Assembly (NCBI GenBank): GCA_010015585.1
Contig: ML975162.1
DNA: 64,000 nucleotides
Direction: 5' to 3' (one strand)
Source: Eremomyces bilateralis CBS 781.70
Taxonomy: Eukaryota
The stretch's first letter is position 1, and each line of letters begins with the position of its first letter. The notes beneath the pieces are model-generated. The model did no database searches. It saw nothing but the letters and a program-made list of their open reading frames with translations, and was not told where the DNA came from. A program made the position numbers and the translations under genes. Shown piece by piece: positions 1 through 11,851 of this stretch.

Positions 1-1451
1 AGGTTGGGAAAAACCAACCTCCAATCACCTTCGGCTACGTAAGTTCATATATAAAACACTGAACGGCAACCTCTAACGTCCACCAGCTCCATAAATCCAT
101 TGACGACCCTTTAAATCGGCGACCCACGGCATTCGATATCTCGAAGCCTTGGGCTACTATCGCCGAAAATCTCACGCGCTCTCTTGGAAACGCACGCTAT
201 CCAGTCGTCTTAATCTGCGGAGGGCAGCTGGGTCAGAACTCGCTGTTCGCTCAGATTCTAACTAACAACATACTCTCTCGACAAGAAGATGAAGATCGAG
301 TGGTCATGTTCCTCGACCTGGACCCAATTCATCCAGACTATGGACCTCCAGGCCAGGTGTCTCTGGTCATGGTTCGGTCAATGAATTTCGGACCTCCTTT
401 TATCCACGCACATCCAGGAGTAGGCGACCAAAATACCGTCATATACTCCCATGCCATACCGAAATATGCCGCTCGAGATGACCCCGACCAGCTTCTTTCA
501 TGTGCGAAGCATCTATATAAAATGTATGTCGCACTAAAAGATGGATCAGAGTCGACCTGGGGCCCGTCCAAACCCTCCATACTACCTTTGGTCATTAAAA
601 CCCCGACATGCTTCCGAGCCTACGGCGAGCAAGCTCTCACCTCCCTCCTTCTACACTTCAGCCCCGTGCTCACACACTGGTATTCCGTCGGCCCGTTCCC
701 CTACTTCGATGACTATAAACCGGCCCTCAAAATCCCGGAGGTGAAGCTCGACGGCCTTACTTTCGCCAACGGGCTTCTTCTTACCTCTGAAACACTCTTT
801 GAAATGCAACAACAGGCGTATTTTCATGCGGAGCAAACCCTCTCTGCGCATAAGAAGTGGAACTGCGAGCCCTTGAGTTTGGCCGCGCCATATACCGTGC
901 CATACACAGGCAATCAGCCCGGCTTCCTCGCCATCCACCTATCCGGCGACTTCCGCTGGCCCCACCGACTCCACGACATCCTCAATGGCGCCATCGTCGC
1001 CATCACCATCATCCAAGATCTCGAGAAATTCCCGACCGCCCGAATCAAGTCGTCCGAGCCATCCGGCATCCCCTACCTCGCCCCTGACTCCCTCGGCATC
1101 CACCCCCCCCTCGACCCCCACAACTCCTCCACCATTGGATTCGGCTATGTCCAATCCGTGCGACACGCAGAGTGCGCGTTGGACATCGTCACGCCGATCG
1201 CAAGAGACATCATGGAGAAGCTTCCGCATGATAGGATTGTGCTGCAGGTCGGTCTTGTCCCCGCGCCCGGATGGGCGTATCTGGAAGCGGCGACACTGGC
1301 GGGGACGGTGAGCGTGCCGGAGGATGAGGAGGGGGAGATCATGGAGACGGATAAGATGCCGCAGGCGTGGGTGAGGGAGCGGGGGAGGGGGGGGACGACG
1401 GTGCTAAATTCGTGGTTGGGGCAGTCGGCGAAGAAGGCGAGGGCGCCTTGA
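1..1451 (+). CDS. GRC3: GRC3/NOL9-like polynucleotide 5'-OH kinase (Clp1 family), 5'-truncated by the window edge, catalytic motifs degenerate
   Basis: Intron 39..86 (GTAAGT...CTAAC...CAG), then an open frame 87..1451. It contains VVLICG, FLDLDP..DYGPPGQVSL, PLVI, ILNGAIVAI and PPLDPHNSSTIGFGYVQSV..LDIVTP..PGWAYLE, which match the layout of fungal Grc3. Confidence 0.8.
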
Positions 1452-1996
1452 GTGTTGGAAATGGCAAGGGGGCAATGGATCGGTGTTGAATAGCGGGGAA
1501 AGATGCGAAGACAATGTTATTGGGGGTGTTATCGTCCACAATGTGCACAATATCCAGTTTTCCGGAACGGAGTTGTCAGCTCCGAAACAGGTGTACAGGT
1601 AGCGCGTGAAACTAGCCTGGAATCCTCTCTACTGTTGTTCTGCCAGGTATTATTCCCAACTATCAGTCGGAAACGCTGCTATTGGATCAATGGTTGTCAA
1701 TGCTTCGTTGGCTAGAAAGAGACCAAACCAGGGAGAATCAGCTATTACAAGCAACCAATCAACTGAAGGGAGCTCAGTTTTTCGAACTGTGAATCATCGA
1801 CTGGCTTTGATGTAATTATGTTGTTTCTTTGGGTCCCTTGGTGAGTACTAGGGACAGTTGTCGTGTGTGTTCACTGAGGTGCCCTAATTACCCCCTTCTG
1901 GTGGTTCCTGATAGAAATATGGTTTAGTATAGGCATTAGCCATCCAAGATCGCTGCATAGTATAAGTATAGAAAATAAACACTCAATCGCTCATTT

Positions 1997-3960
1997 TCAT
2001 CCACTATTCTCCTCTTCATCCTCCTCATCCACCATCCTAATCCTCCCATCCTCCCCATCCTCCCCATCCTCCTCACCCCCCTCCTCCACCACCCTTCTCC
2101 GCCGCCCCACTACCTCTTTCCCCTCTACCTCCCCCGCCACCTCCCACGCCCTCCTCCTCCCCCTCTCCACATCCACCGCCCACCACATCGGCAACGGCGC
2201 CGCCACCAACACCGCCAAAAACACAAACGCCGGCCGTATCCCCCCAAACCGATCCGTCACCGCCCCCACCACCAACGGCCCCAGCACGGACGACCCCTTA
2301 TCCGTGATCGCATACAGCGCGAAAAACGCGGCCTCGCTCCCTGGCGGGATCAACTCCGCGTACAGCGCTCGCGTGTGCGTGCTAATGCCCCCCAGCTGCA
2401 GCCCGTACACGCACGCTAGCGCGAATACCTCGCCCGCCGACTGCAGGCCCAGCCCCGCGTTTCGGACGAACGGCACGTAGTACGAGAGACCGTAGAGCGG
2501 GATGAGGAGGAAGATGGCGTTGCAGATGATCAGCGTCGTGGTGGGGGAGAGGTCGAGGCGGCGCGCGAGGAAGGGCCAGAACGCGGCGCCGAAGATCCCG
2601 CAGAGCGTCGAGAGGATCGAGATGAGTGCGATCTGCGACGCAGGAAGGTCGAGGGTCGTTTTGGCGAAGAGGATGGCGGTGCCGGAGGTGGTGGCGATGC
2701 TGTCGGAGAGGAGGAACCAGGCGAAGAGGAAGAGAAGGAGGTCGAAGAGCGCGCGGGCGCGGAGGAGGGTGGCGAAGAGAGATTTCCAGGAGAGGGTGAC
2801 GTAGGTCCACACGAGGCGGACGCGTCGGCGGAAGCGTGTGAAGGCGTTCGTGGGGTCGTGGTGGGTACGGAAGGGGAGGTGGAGGGGGGGCCCGGGCCGC
2901 GGGCGCAGGAGGAGGGCGGAGGGGATGGTGAAGAGGAACCACCAGGCGCCGATGAGGAAGAGGGCGAGGCGGAGGGCGAGGAGGGGAGGGGCGACACGGG
3001 CGACGAGGAGGATGCAGAGGGTTTGGACGAGGATGGCGGCGGTGTAGCCGATACCAATGCCGAGGGCGGAGATGTGGGTGCCGATGTTGAGTTCGAGAGA
3101 GGTTTTGGAGCGGTCGGAGGTCGTTGGGGGGGATGTGGTGGAAGGGAGGAGGGCGGCAGTTGAGGTGTCGGCGGCCTCGTCTTCGGCTTCTTCGACTTCT
3201 TCGTCTTCTACATGTACGAGGGGACGTGTAGTTTCGTCTTGTTCTCTAGCCTGTTGTTCCGCCTCGTTTGCGGCGTGGATGTCGGGGTGATGGCGGACGA
3301 GCAAGGGGAGAAAGGAGTTCAGCAGAACCCAGCTCGCTCCAAAACATGTGTTCGACAGGATGGCGAGGAGTGCGGCAATGAGAATCATCGACGACCCAAC
3401 CGGCAGAAATAGCATCGTCGCGATCGCCCCTGCAAACCCAAATCCAAGCAAGAAGCTCTTGCGAAACCGTCCATGATCCGCGGCGCCGGACACGCTCACA
3501 ATGAGGATGGCCTGTACAGCGACGGATATGCTGAAGACGTAGAGAGCGAAACTGGCGGTATTGACCTCTGTCCCTAATATTCGGACGACGCATTGGTCGA
3601 CGTCAGGGGTTGCTCGGCGGGCGAAGAGCTCAAGGAATGGAGAGCTGTTGGCGCTGGACTCGGGCACTGCAGGAGGGGTCATGGATGGCTCGCAAGGAGT
3701 CTGGCCATCAGATAGGAGGACGCCGCGCGATCGGGCGAGTTGTTCGAGGGTGATGGGAACAAACGAGCCTATATTGTCTGGTCAGTGGACGGTTTGTATA
3801 GCTTCAGGCAGGGTCGTGAGGTACCCATCCCACAGACGACAAAGACTTCCGCAGCCCAGCCGTAGAGGTAGAAGCCAGCCAACTCTTTCTTGCTCGTTGG
3901 CCTGGTGTCTTCCCCGGGATATTGAGGAGGATCCATTCCGGTTCGGCTTTCCGCGACCAT
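1997..3960 (-). CDS. ATG22: Autophagy-related vacuolar amino-acid effluxer Atg22 (MFS)
   Basis: ATG at 3960 (alternative at 3936). Exon 1 encodes [33 protein letters not shown], then intron 3769..3824, then [12 protein letters not shown]. Also INTASF-like [16 protein letters not shown] and [23 protein letters not shown]. Confidence 0.93.
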
Positions 3961-5426
3961 GATGGGCACACGGAGGTGTCCGGGAACGGAATTGGGGGGG
4001 GGGACGAAGGGACACTCAATACATATATTGAGAAATAACAGCAAACGAGCAGAAGGTCACCTTCGTATTCTACCGGATTCAAAGAGCGACATTCTGATCA
4101 ACCGTGAGTTGCAATCCAGGCTTCAGCACCGTGTTTACCGACAAAGACAGTCTGAGTCTGGACTCTGGTTGGCACTCAGCACGAGATGTTGTCTAGTCAG
4201 CCCTGCCTTAGGCGGTTAGGCCTCTCCGCGCCACATGAGTCAAGTCGTGCCAGGAAATTACCGGTAGGTACGGTACGCTCCCGATATGCATGTCATTACC
4301 CCCCGCCGCGAAACGAAGTTGTAGGGGAATTATGTTCCCCGCTGGCGGCTCCTGTGTACTAGATGCGCTGTGTCGTGTTGATGAGTTATCGGAGTTGCTT
4401 CCGCTGACTAGCACAAAGTGTAGATCAGTAGGGACTGAATTACTCATGTCTAGCGCTATCAAGTTCTCCTTCATACCTTGACGGATCGTTATGGAATATT
4501 AGTAAGGACTTTAATAGGTTATATCTATGCCTTGGTAAGTAGGGGGTGGGAAGGCCGGTAATATTGGGCTTGTGGTCTGGCTTACTCAGGCTAGCTATGA
4601 TCGGTTTCATTGGAACGTGGACGGTGCAACGGTGGAAGGCCCGACCGAAGGACGGGGGGATTTGTTCGGTCGTCACTTCCGCTTTCACCTTTCGCGTTCG
4701 GAGCGTTCCTGCCTCACCCTCCTCATAGGCGTCTCACTCTGAAATCACTTTCCCTCAAACTGGCCGTCACTTTCGACAATTCTTATCTTCTTCCCTCACC
4801 ATAATCTACCACCTATCTTCACGTACACCACGCGATTCGACATCACCAATTTTCCCAAGTTCATTCATAAACACTGCCAACCACTATTCCTTCGTCTTCA
4901 CGCTCTAATGTGGCTGGAGATATGATCCAATCCAGACTCTCAACAACCACACCCATGAGCTCATATCGTTAGCGCGAAATCCGCGCCGTTGTCAAACTTC
5001 CTCTCTCAACCTCCTTCTTGTCTCTACGCACCTCACCTCCCACTTCCTCCTCGCATACCACCATCTTCCCCGAACAATCCACAATCATCAGCCTTCTGTG
5101 AGGAAGCCGATCCGCCGTGACGCATTCCGACCTCAATATCGATCCCACTTCCGACCCTGCCTTGGCGATCCTGGTCACATCACTTTCTCGCGCCGATACA
5201 GACTTCGTCGGACCCGCCGCTGCGCGAAATTTCCTCTACGTTACCTTCGACCTTCGCATCGACACTCCCCGGACATCGATCCAAGATACAGTCTGTATCG
5301 CCAACTCGCGAAGACGGGCTGGCGACGGGTGGAGGGCAGGAGCGCGTGGCCGGTGGAGGAGCTGAAGCAACGAGGGAGTCGGTCGAGGAACTACCTGGGG
5401 TCGCGGACGGTGTGAATGAAACGAGC

Positions 5427-8400
5427 ATGCCGGGGCGATTGATCAACATGGACAATCAACCGAACAAACCGCCTTTCACGAACGGTGGTTCGGTGCACGC
5501 GCTTCCGGAATCGAGCTCACGCCAGAGGGATTCTCCGCAAGATTCGGGAAAGGCATCCAACGCGGTGCAGCTGGATTCGTCGGCGAACGCAAGTGCGCGG
5601 AATGGTCCATCGTCATCCGACCTTCAGGAACATGAGCCTTCAATGTCGGAGTTGCCTCCGGAGCTCCAGCACATCACTTTCACCATGCAGCCATTGGGCA
5701 AGTTGGTCGCTCGGGTTGCTCAAATCGCCTCTAATGAACTGCATGAGGCGCTGGATAAAATGGCCGAACTACCGCCCGTCGCAACCCCTTCTTCGACTCC
5801 GAATGGCACCAACGGGCTTGCCAATGGCATGGCACCCTCTTCACACCAACCCGAGAACAATTCCCCCGCGAACCAGCAACGAAAAGAGATCATGTTCGAG
5901 TACGCCGAGAAGACACGAAATCGGTTCATCCAACTGTTGGTGCTCAGCGTTTGGTCGCGGAGTTCGGCGGATGTTTCCAAGATGATCGACGTAGTCAATT
6001 TTCTTCGAACTCAGGAAGCTGCCCAGGAACAAGCGTCTTTCGCTCTCGGGCAACTCAAGCTCGATATCCACCCATTCAAATTACCCGCCCCCGACATTCA
6101 AACCGCCCTCGAGACACTGACTACCGGCACGACGATCAAGACCAACAAGTTGGACAAGGCTTACCTCCCACCTCCGGAACTGTCAGCCGAATACATTCTC
6201 AAAACCTTACGAAACCTCAACGTGTTGCTACACGAACGAATATTAGTCGGCATAGGTCTAGCAAACCTCCCCCCGATGCTACAGAAATGGCGAATACGAA
6301 ATGGACGAGTCACTTTTATCGTTCCCGGCGAATTCGAGCTTGATGTGGGCGTTGCGGAAGAGGAACCAGATCCGGTCAAAGCACGATGGTGGTTCGTTGA
6401 TGTGAGATGGAATTTCCAACCTTCTGCCTCGGTACCGCAGGCAGCGCGAGGGACGATCGAGGCCAAGATCAATCAAGAACTTGGCATTGCGTGGAATGCG
6501 CTGGTCGAGCGGGAAGAGGCTGTCAAGAAAGCGCAGGAAAGTCAGCTAGAGGGGGAAGACAAGGTGGCCGCCGATCCCACATCGATACTGGAAGTCGACC
6601 GGAGTTGTCTGAAACGCGCATACGATTTTCTCCATAATTTCATCTTGACGCACAAGGTATCTGTCCTCCGAAAACAAGCGTTCGACCTGGTCATGTCTTC
6701 CTGGGCGGGCACCCTCCGAGTTGAGATGGCGCATCGGAACCTCATTTTGCAGTACTGGACGCAAGTTCCCGGACCGAAGAGCTGGTTGGAAATCGCCCTA
6801 CATAGCAAGAGGCAAAGACGGAAAGACCCCAAGACGGGCGCAACCCTGCTGTTTTGGGATTGGAGAGGTCCTCAGCCTTCGACGATCGGAATCCGGTGGA
6901 TGCGACTGGGAAAAGAGATGGATGTCAAAGATCTGGCAAAGAAGGCGGGATGGAACCGCAAACAAATCGAAGAGCGCAACATCGAGGCAGAGATTTGCGG
7001 TTTCGGGGATCTACGAACCTTGGACGTCGAGAATGCGCTCAATCGTACCGTCAGCATGCATGCGCTCTGGATTTTCGAATCGATACGAGACAAATTGCTC
7101 GAGTCGCAGGACGGCTCCCGCATGTTGTCCGTGGAGATGTCAGTTGAAACTATGCCGGAAAAGCCAGGCGCAGCATCCTCTCGATTGGAGAAATCCAAGA
7201 ACCCCCTCATCCGGCCAAAGCTAACTTTGCGTCTTGGTCCCTCTTCACCAACCTGTCGCCTCCAAATGGACACGATCTCAGGTACCCTCCTTCTCACACC
7301 TCGTGTGAATCCGCGAATTCAGTTCACTCTATCCACACTCCCCTCAAACCAGATTCCGATCGTTTCCCATACGCATTTACGCCGACATGCCGCCCTCGCC
7401 CTTCTATCACATCTTGGATTGAAAGCCTCACACGCTGGGTGGATTAAGGAAAGGAATTTCCGTGCTAGCCGCGAAAGCGTGAAAACCCAGATCAACCTTG
7501 CGCGTCAAAATGAGCGAAAGCGCTGGGATAAGCATGGCATCCCTCTAGCCGCCATTTGGGCATCGGAAAGTCAACAGCCACAAGGCAATATTGCTCCCGG
7601 TGCTCCTCCGGCGGCTCTCCAAACCCTGAAAGGGCCCGATTTCTTGTATTCAACCTTGGTCCGGCCACCACAGTGGGGGCGCACCAACTGGGCTGTCTTG
7701 ATGACCGTAACTATCGAAGAAGCCGAACGATTCTGGGCGGTTGAGCTTACCAATCCGGTACTTGCGGAGGATGTCAAGTACGCAGTGCCGCTATACCCGA
7801 TTCAGGACCCAGACATCGAGCGGCTTGGGAAGTCGTTCTGGAGGTATCTCGAGAAAGTCGCGCTAGGCGCCATCGGGAGCGTCGTGCTTGGCCGACAACT
7901 GAGCGAAAGAAGCGTCCGGTTCAATTGGTTCCCGGAGGGCATCCCGGATCGAGCGGCGATGGGGAGCAATTCAGGGAAATCCGTGTCAACGCCAGATACA
8001 AGCGGATTGACGCCCCTCCAAAAAGCAAGCGTCCCGATGCTTTTCGTCTGTTTCCAGGATCTGCTATTTAGGGACAAGTTACCATTCGAGTCGGAAGACC
8101 AAGGCCGTGTGGCAGCGTCTCCTGAAGCACGGAAAGAGAGAAAAGCAGCAAGAAGACGAGACAGTGTTGGCAGTCGAAAAGGCTCGCTGGGCTCAACCAG
8201 CCGTAAACCACCAACCTCGTCTAGTATGTGGGCAATCAGTGCTCTGCGATTCCAGTTCCTCGATCTTGCGATATCCGGATCGAGACAACCCATGCCAGTC
8301 TACGCGGTCACAGGCATGTTCTCACGAGACAATCCAGTCGCTGCAGTGTTGAGCCACCCCAAATATCGAGCATCTGTCCCGGATATCCACACGGCGCTCG

Positions 8401-9482
8401 ACGTGAACCCGGCCGAGCTTCCCACCATCCACGTTACGCCGAAAGGGACCTTCGCGTTGTACCTGCGTACTAAGTTCGGCGAGTCTCCCTTCGGCATGCT
8501 CGTCAACCGCATCAACTCGCTCGCCCTTCTTCGCGACTTCGTCACAACTCTCGATCGCAAGGGTCTCGGCTCGCAAATTCGGTCGATCGACCTTGATTCC
8601 ATTAGCTTCGCCTACGGTGAGCTCATCCGACGACGACAATCACAGGAGGCACCCATCCAGGAAGCAAACGAAACAAACGGCGCGTCGGGATCGGCACCTG
8701 GGAGAGGACAGCTCACACCCAAGGAACTCTCCGAATTCTCCGTATCCCTACGCTTCGACGATCCATCTGAGCCCATGGTCCTCGAATTCGACGGCACCAA
8801 CCCCCACCGTCGTCTTCGCTCTCAGCTTTCTCACCTCCTCCACAGCGCAGGCCCTGGGGCTTTTAGCACGTTCATCAACGCGCTCGCACGCACCGGCCCG
8901 CTCATGGCCGCCGCCGCAAAAATGGAAAACAACGCCATGGTCTCCTCGGCCCACTCCTCTTCCTCATCCGCTTCCACCGCGCCACCAAACCCCACCAACG
9001 GCACCCCATCAACCACCGTTTCTCCCTACCTCACGATCCACACCCGCAGTGTCGACAATGTCCGCTTCTCGTACACCGCGCCCCGCTGCCTCCTCGACGC
9101 GCGGCTCCGCACCCGCCGCGGCTCGCTCGAATGGGTCTTCGAGAAAGTGGGGACGCGCGCGCCGCCGCGCCCGCAATCGTCGGCCGCGGGCGCGCAGCGG
9201 ATGCAACCTGCGGCGCCGAGCGAGGAGGAGCTGCGGGTGACGAGGAGCCTCGATCCGGTGTTCTCGGGTCGTGGGTCGGGGTGGCAGGGGATGCGGACGG
9301 CGGTGGTGGCGGAGTTGGAAGGGGTGGGGGAGGTGGTGGAACGGTTAGATGAGTGTGTGCGAGTTGCGGGAAGCGGGAAGAGGGAGGGGGAGAAGAGCGG
9401 TGGTGGGGGGAAGGGGGGAAAGGCGGTGATGGAGGCGAAGAAAAGTAAGGGGAAGCCGCAGGAGGTGATTGAGTTGGATTGA
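5427..9482 (+). CDS. MED14: Mediator subunit Med14 (Rgr1)
   Basis: Intronless ORF with first ATG at 5427. N-terminal Med14 domain: ELPPELQHIT..PLGKLVARVAQ, RFIQLLVLSVWSR, LPAPDIQTALETLTTG, WRIRNGRVTFIVPGEFELDV, LHNFILTHK. Confidence 0.92.
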   Translation: MPGRLINMDNQPNKPPFTNGGSVHALPESSSRQRDSPQDSGKASNAVQLDSSANASARNGPSSSDLQEHEPSMSELPPELQHITFTMQPLGKLVARVAQIASNELHEALDKMAELPPVATPSSTPNGTNGLANGMAPSSHQPENNSPANQQRKEIMFEYAEKTRNRFIQLLVLSVWSRSSADVSKMIDVVNFLRTQEAAQEQASFALGQLKLDIHPFKLPAPDIQTALETLTTGTTIKTNKLDKAYLPPPELSAEYILKTLRNLNVLLHERILVGIGLANLPPMLQKWRIRNGRVTFIVPGEFELDVGVAEEEPDPVKARWWFVDVRWNFQPSASVPQAARGTIEAKINQELGIAWNALVEREEAVKKAQESQLEGEDKVAADPTSILEVDRSCLKRAYDFLHNFILTHKVSVLRKQAFDLVMSSWAGTLRVEMAHRNLILQYWTQVPGPKSWLEIALHSKRQRRKDPKTGATLLFWDWRGPQPSTIGIRWMRLGKEMDVKDLAKKAGWNRKQIEERNIEAEICGFGDLRTLDVENALNRTVSMHALWIFESIRDKLLESQDGSRMLSVEMSVETMPEKPGAASSRLEKSKNPLIRPKLTLRLGPSSPTCRLQMDTISGTLLLTPRVNPRIQFTLSTLPSNQIPIVSHTHLRRHAALALLSHLGLKASHAGWIKERNFRASRESVKTQINLARQNERKRWDKHGIPLAAIWASESQQPQGNIAPGAPPAALQTLKGPDFLYSTLVRPPQWGRTNWAVLMTVTIEEAERFWAVELTNPVLAEDVKYAVPLYPIQDPDIERLGKSFWRYLEKVALGAIGSVVLGRQLSERSVRFNWFPEGIPDRAAMGSNSGKSVSTPDTSGLTPLQKASVPMLFVCFQDLLFRDKLPFESEDQGRVAASPEARKERKAARRRDSVGSRKGSLGSTSRKPPTSSSMWAISALRFQFLDLAISGSRQPMPVYAVTGMFSRDNPVAAVLSHPKYRASVPDIHTALDVNPAELPTIHVTPKGTFALYLRTKFGESPFGMLVNRINSLALLRDFVTTLDRKGLGSQIRSIDLDSISFAYGELIRRRQSQEAPIQEANETNGASGSAPGRGQLTPKELSEFSVSLRFDDPSEPMVLEFDGTNPHRRLRSQLSHLLHSAGPGAFSTFINALARTGPLMAAAAKMENNAMVSSAHSSSSSASTAPPNPTNGTPSTTVSPYLTIHTRSVDNVRFSYTAPRCLLDARLRTRRGSLEWVFEKVGTRAPPRPQSSAAGAQRMQPAAPSEEELRVTRSLDPVFSGRGSGWQGMRTAVVAELEGVGEVVERLDECVRVAGSGKREGEKSGGGGKGGKAVMEAKKSKGKPQEVIELD

Positions 9483-9983
9483 GGGTTGAGGGGTCTCACG
9501 CAGATCCGGTCGCGTGAAGGAATCAGAATCAGCGGGAAGCAGAGACGGTTTGCTTTTATGATTTGCGGGTTGGCGTCTTATACCACTAGTGACATTGCTG
9601 CACGACCGGAACCCACACGGCTCCGATATTGGATGGGCGGCAATGATCCGAAACAATGAGTTAGGTGTAGATCTCTTCTAAGACCGGCCGGTTCTATCTG
9701 GTTGATGGAGATGGGAATGGAAGCGAGTTTGAATACTCCGTGGTTCCTTGATCCCTTTTGCTTCTGTGCTCGGCGGGATTCCAATCACTAGAATCACTGC
9801 CAATTGGTAAGCATCCTGGCCCGTCCTGGTTCCGTGAGGTGTGTCGTGGATCGCCAGGTATCTCCAGAGCCCAGACAGAGCAACGCTCGATCGCCGATGT
9901 TGTACCTTCTCTGCCATTTCCACAGCAGCTCCATGAAGGAACACTTGTCCCAGTAATATACTATCCATACTTTCCTCAAGCGC

Positions 9984-10909
9984 TCATCCATCCTGAGTAG
10001 GATCTTCCCACTTCCCATAAAACACACACAGCCCCTATCATCACCGTCAGCATCACCCCACCCAAATCAACCCCTCACCCTTCTCACCTTACTAAACCCT
10101 GTCATACAATAATGCCTCACCAACACCCTCCCCTCCCCTTCTCCCACCACCCCCGCCAACTGATTCAAATTTGCCGTCCTCGGCAAAAACAACACCACCT
10201 GCCCCCCTCGCCCTCCAAACCCTCCATACAGCTCTCCCAACCCATACGGCTCCATCCCCTCTACATCAAATATCTTCCTTCCCACATACTCTGGGCCTCC
10301 CCACGGCGGACTCGCAAACAGCACCGCCTCCCCGCACACCTCCGCCAGCTGCTCTTCAATCACCTTGAAGCAGTCCCCCTCGATCCAGGTGATCTCCGCC
10401 CCCACGCCGTAGAGCGCCGCGTTGTGCCGCCCACACTCCAGCGTTGCGGGGTCCCGCTCGATCGCATAGATCGCGTCCCAGCGGCCTGAGAGGGCGAAGG
10501 CGATGGCGTTGCCGCCGGCGCCGGCGAAGAGGTCGATGAGGATGCGTTTGGTGGGGGGAGCGAGGTGGGCGATGTCGGTGGCGATTTGGCTGGGGGAAAG
10601 GGGTTAGAATGGATGGGGTTTTGGGGATAGGGGGAGATGGGACAGGGGGGAGACGGGATAGGGGAGGGGGCTCACTGGGCGACGGGCTCGGGTGTCACGC
10701 CGAACCAGGCGTTGTTGGTGAGTCGGATGCCATCATCGTATTTGGAGAAGATGTCGTATCGTTGATGCCAGTATCTGCATGTTCGATTAGCTTCCGGTGG
10801 GTTTGATATTGGAATTGAGGATTTACTTGAGCAGGTGTGATGGGACTTCTTCCTCGTCGTTGAAGTGAAGCGTGCCAACGTCTTCATCTTCGACGGAAGG
10901 AGGTACCAT
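9984..10909 (-). CDS. TGS1: Trimethylguanosine synthase Tgs1 (RNA cap hypermethylase)
   Basis: Exons reconstructed with introns 10775..10826, 10590..10675 and about 10035..10088. Motifs KYWHQRYDIFSKYDDGI, AWFGVTPEPVA, IDLFAGAGGNAIAFA, FASPPWGGPEY, LFLPRT, LCVFYG. Confidence 0.93.
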
Positions 10910-11180
10910 TTTTTTTATACAGTTATTACAACGGTTAATTTAGTTGATGATAATCAGACAAGTTTACCTCCACATTTTTTTATTTACTGTAAGGTACCGG
11001 TTGAGAATTCGGTGAGCCACAGATTTGATATTGCTATCCAGAGTCCAGACTGGCTGGAGACTAGACTTGGTGCCTTAAGGCCTAGCTACGGCTCCCTGTC
11101 CTATCCGGCAACCGACATAAGCCACATGGACGGACAATTGGATCTGAGTGATAAATAATTGAATGCCGTGAATCTATCTT

Positions 11181-11224
11181 GATTTAATCTGATTTAATTT
11201 GATTTAATTTGATTTAATTAAATC
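11181..11224. repeat. Four 10-bp tandem units GATTTAAT(T/C)(T/A) ending in the 14-bp palindrome GATTTAATTAAATC
   Basis: Read directly. Units start at 11181, 11191, 11201 and 11211, overlapping the DUF4291 stop codon. Confidence 0.9.
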
Positions 11225-11851
11225 TCCCTGCTCTAGTGGTGATTTAGGATCGATCATCCTCAGAAGTGCCCCAAGTTCTTCATCCTCAACCTCGTAGGCC
11301 TTCTCAACCGGCATCAGCCCTTTCGCAATCAGATCCTCCTCGGATACCCTACATTCCTCCTCGTCGTCCAAGACTTTCTTCATTTCTCTGGCTCGCCCCG
11401 TGGCGTCTTCGATACTGATCGTCCATTTGCCAATCCATTCCTCTCTCAGTTCCCCGGGGATCCCAATTTGGATGCTTCGATGCTCAAGCCTTTCGATTCG
11501 AACATTCCGCTCCGGGTCCCATTGGACGCGTACCTTGCCTTTCGTCCCCCCGTTTCCATGACCCGTAATGGCCCGCGACAGCAGCGATTTGAAGCCTTCG
11601 TGGGTGAGTTTTATGGCGAGGATGTTCGATTGGTTCTTGTCTTTGTATGAATATCCGGATCGATACATCATCCAGCACCAGCTTGGTTTGATCCATGTCA
11701 TTCTTCCCATGACGAATTGCGGCGAGGCATCGAGTCGTTGCTTTTCGACGGCAGCTTTGGCGATGGCTTCGTTGTAAGCCTGGTAGACGATTATTCCTTC
11801 ATCATTATATTGTCCGCGGATCTGACGGTAAGGGACAGAGGATTGTGTCAT
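11204..11851 (-). CDS. DUF4291 family protein
   Basis: ATG at 11851, intronless. Motifs RQIRGQYNDEGIIVYQAYN, RMTWIKPSWCWMMYRSGYSYKDKNQ and VRVQWDPER..RSIQIGI are typical of DUF4291. Confidence 0.85.
   Translation of the reverse strand: MTQSSVPYRQIRGQYNDEGIIVYQAYNEAIAKAAVEKQRLDASPQFVMGRMTWIKPSWCWMMYRSGYSYKDKNQSNILAIKLTHEGFKSLLSRAITGHGNGGTKGKVRVQWDPERNVRIERLEHRSIQIGIPGELREEWIGKWTISIEDATGRAREMKKVLDDEEECRVSEEDLIAKGLMPVEKAYEVEDEELGALLRMIDPKSPLEQGDLIKSN

Noticed and set aside
2382..3163. Many overlapping Pro/Arg/Gly-rich ORFs on alternative frames and strands (also at 9026, 21497, 42290, 43452, 59005, 61111)
   Set aside because: They are shadow ORFs produced by extreme C/G skew and GC-rich codons inside real genes, with no domain signal.
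5346..5426. GTG-initiated N-terminal extension of MED14 in the ORF track
   Set aside because: This is a eukaryotic gene and the first in-frame ATG is at 5427. The same applies to other TTG/GTG starts in the track (11995, 14900, 24049, 31752).
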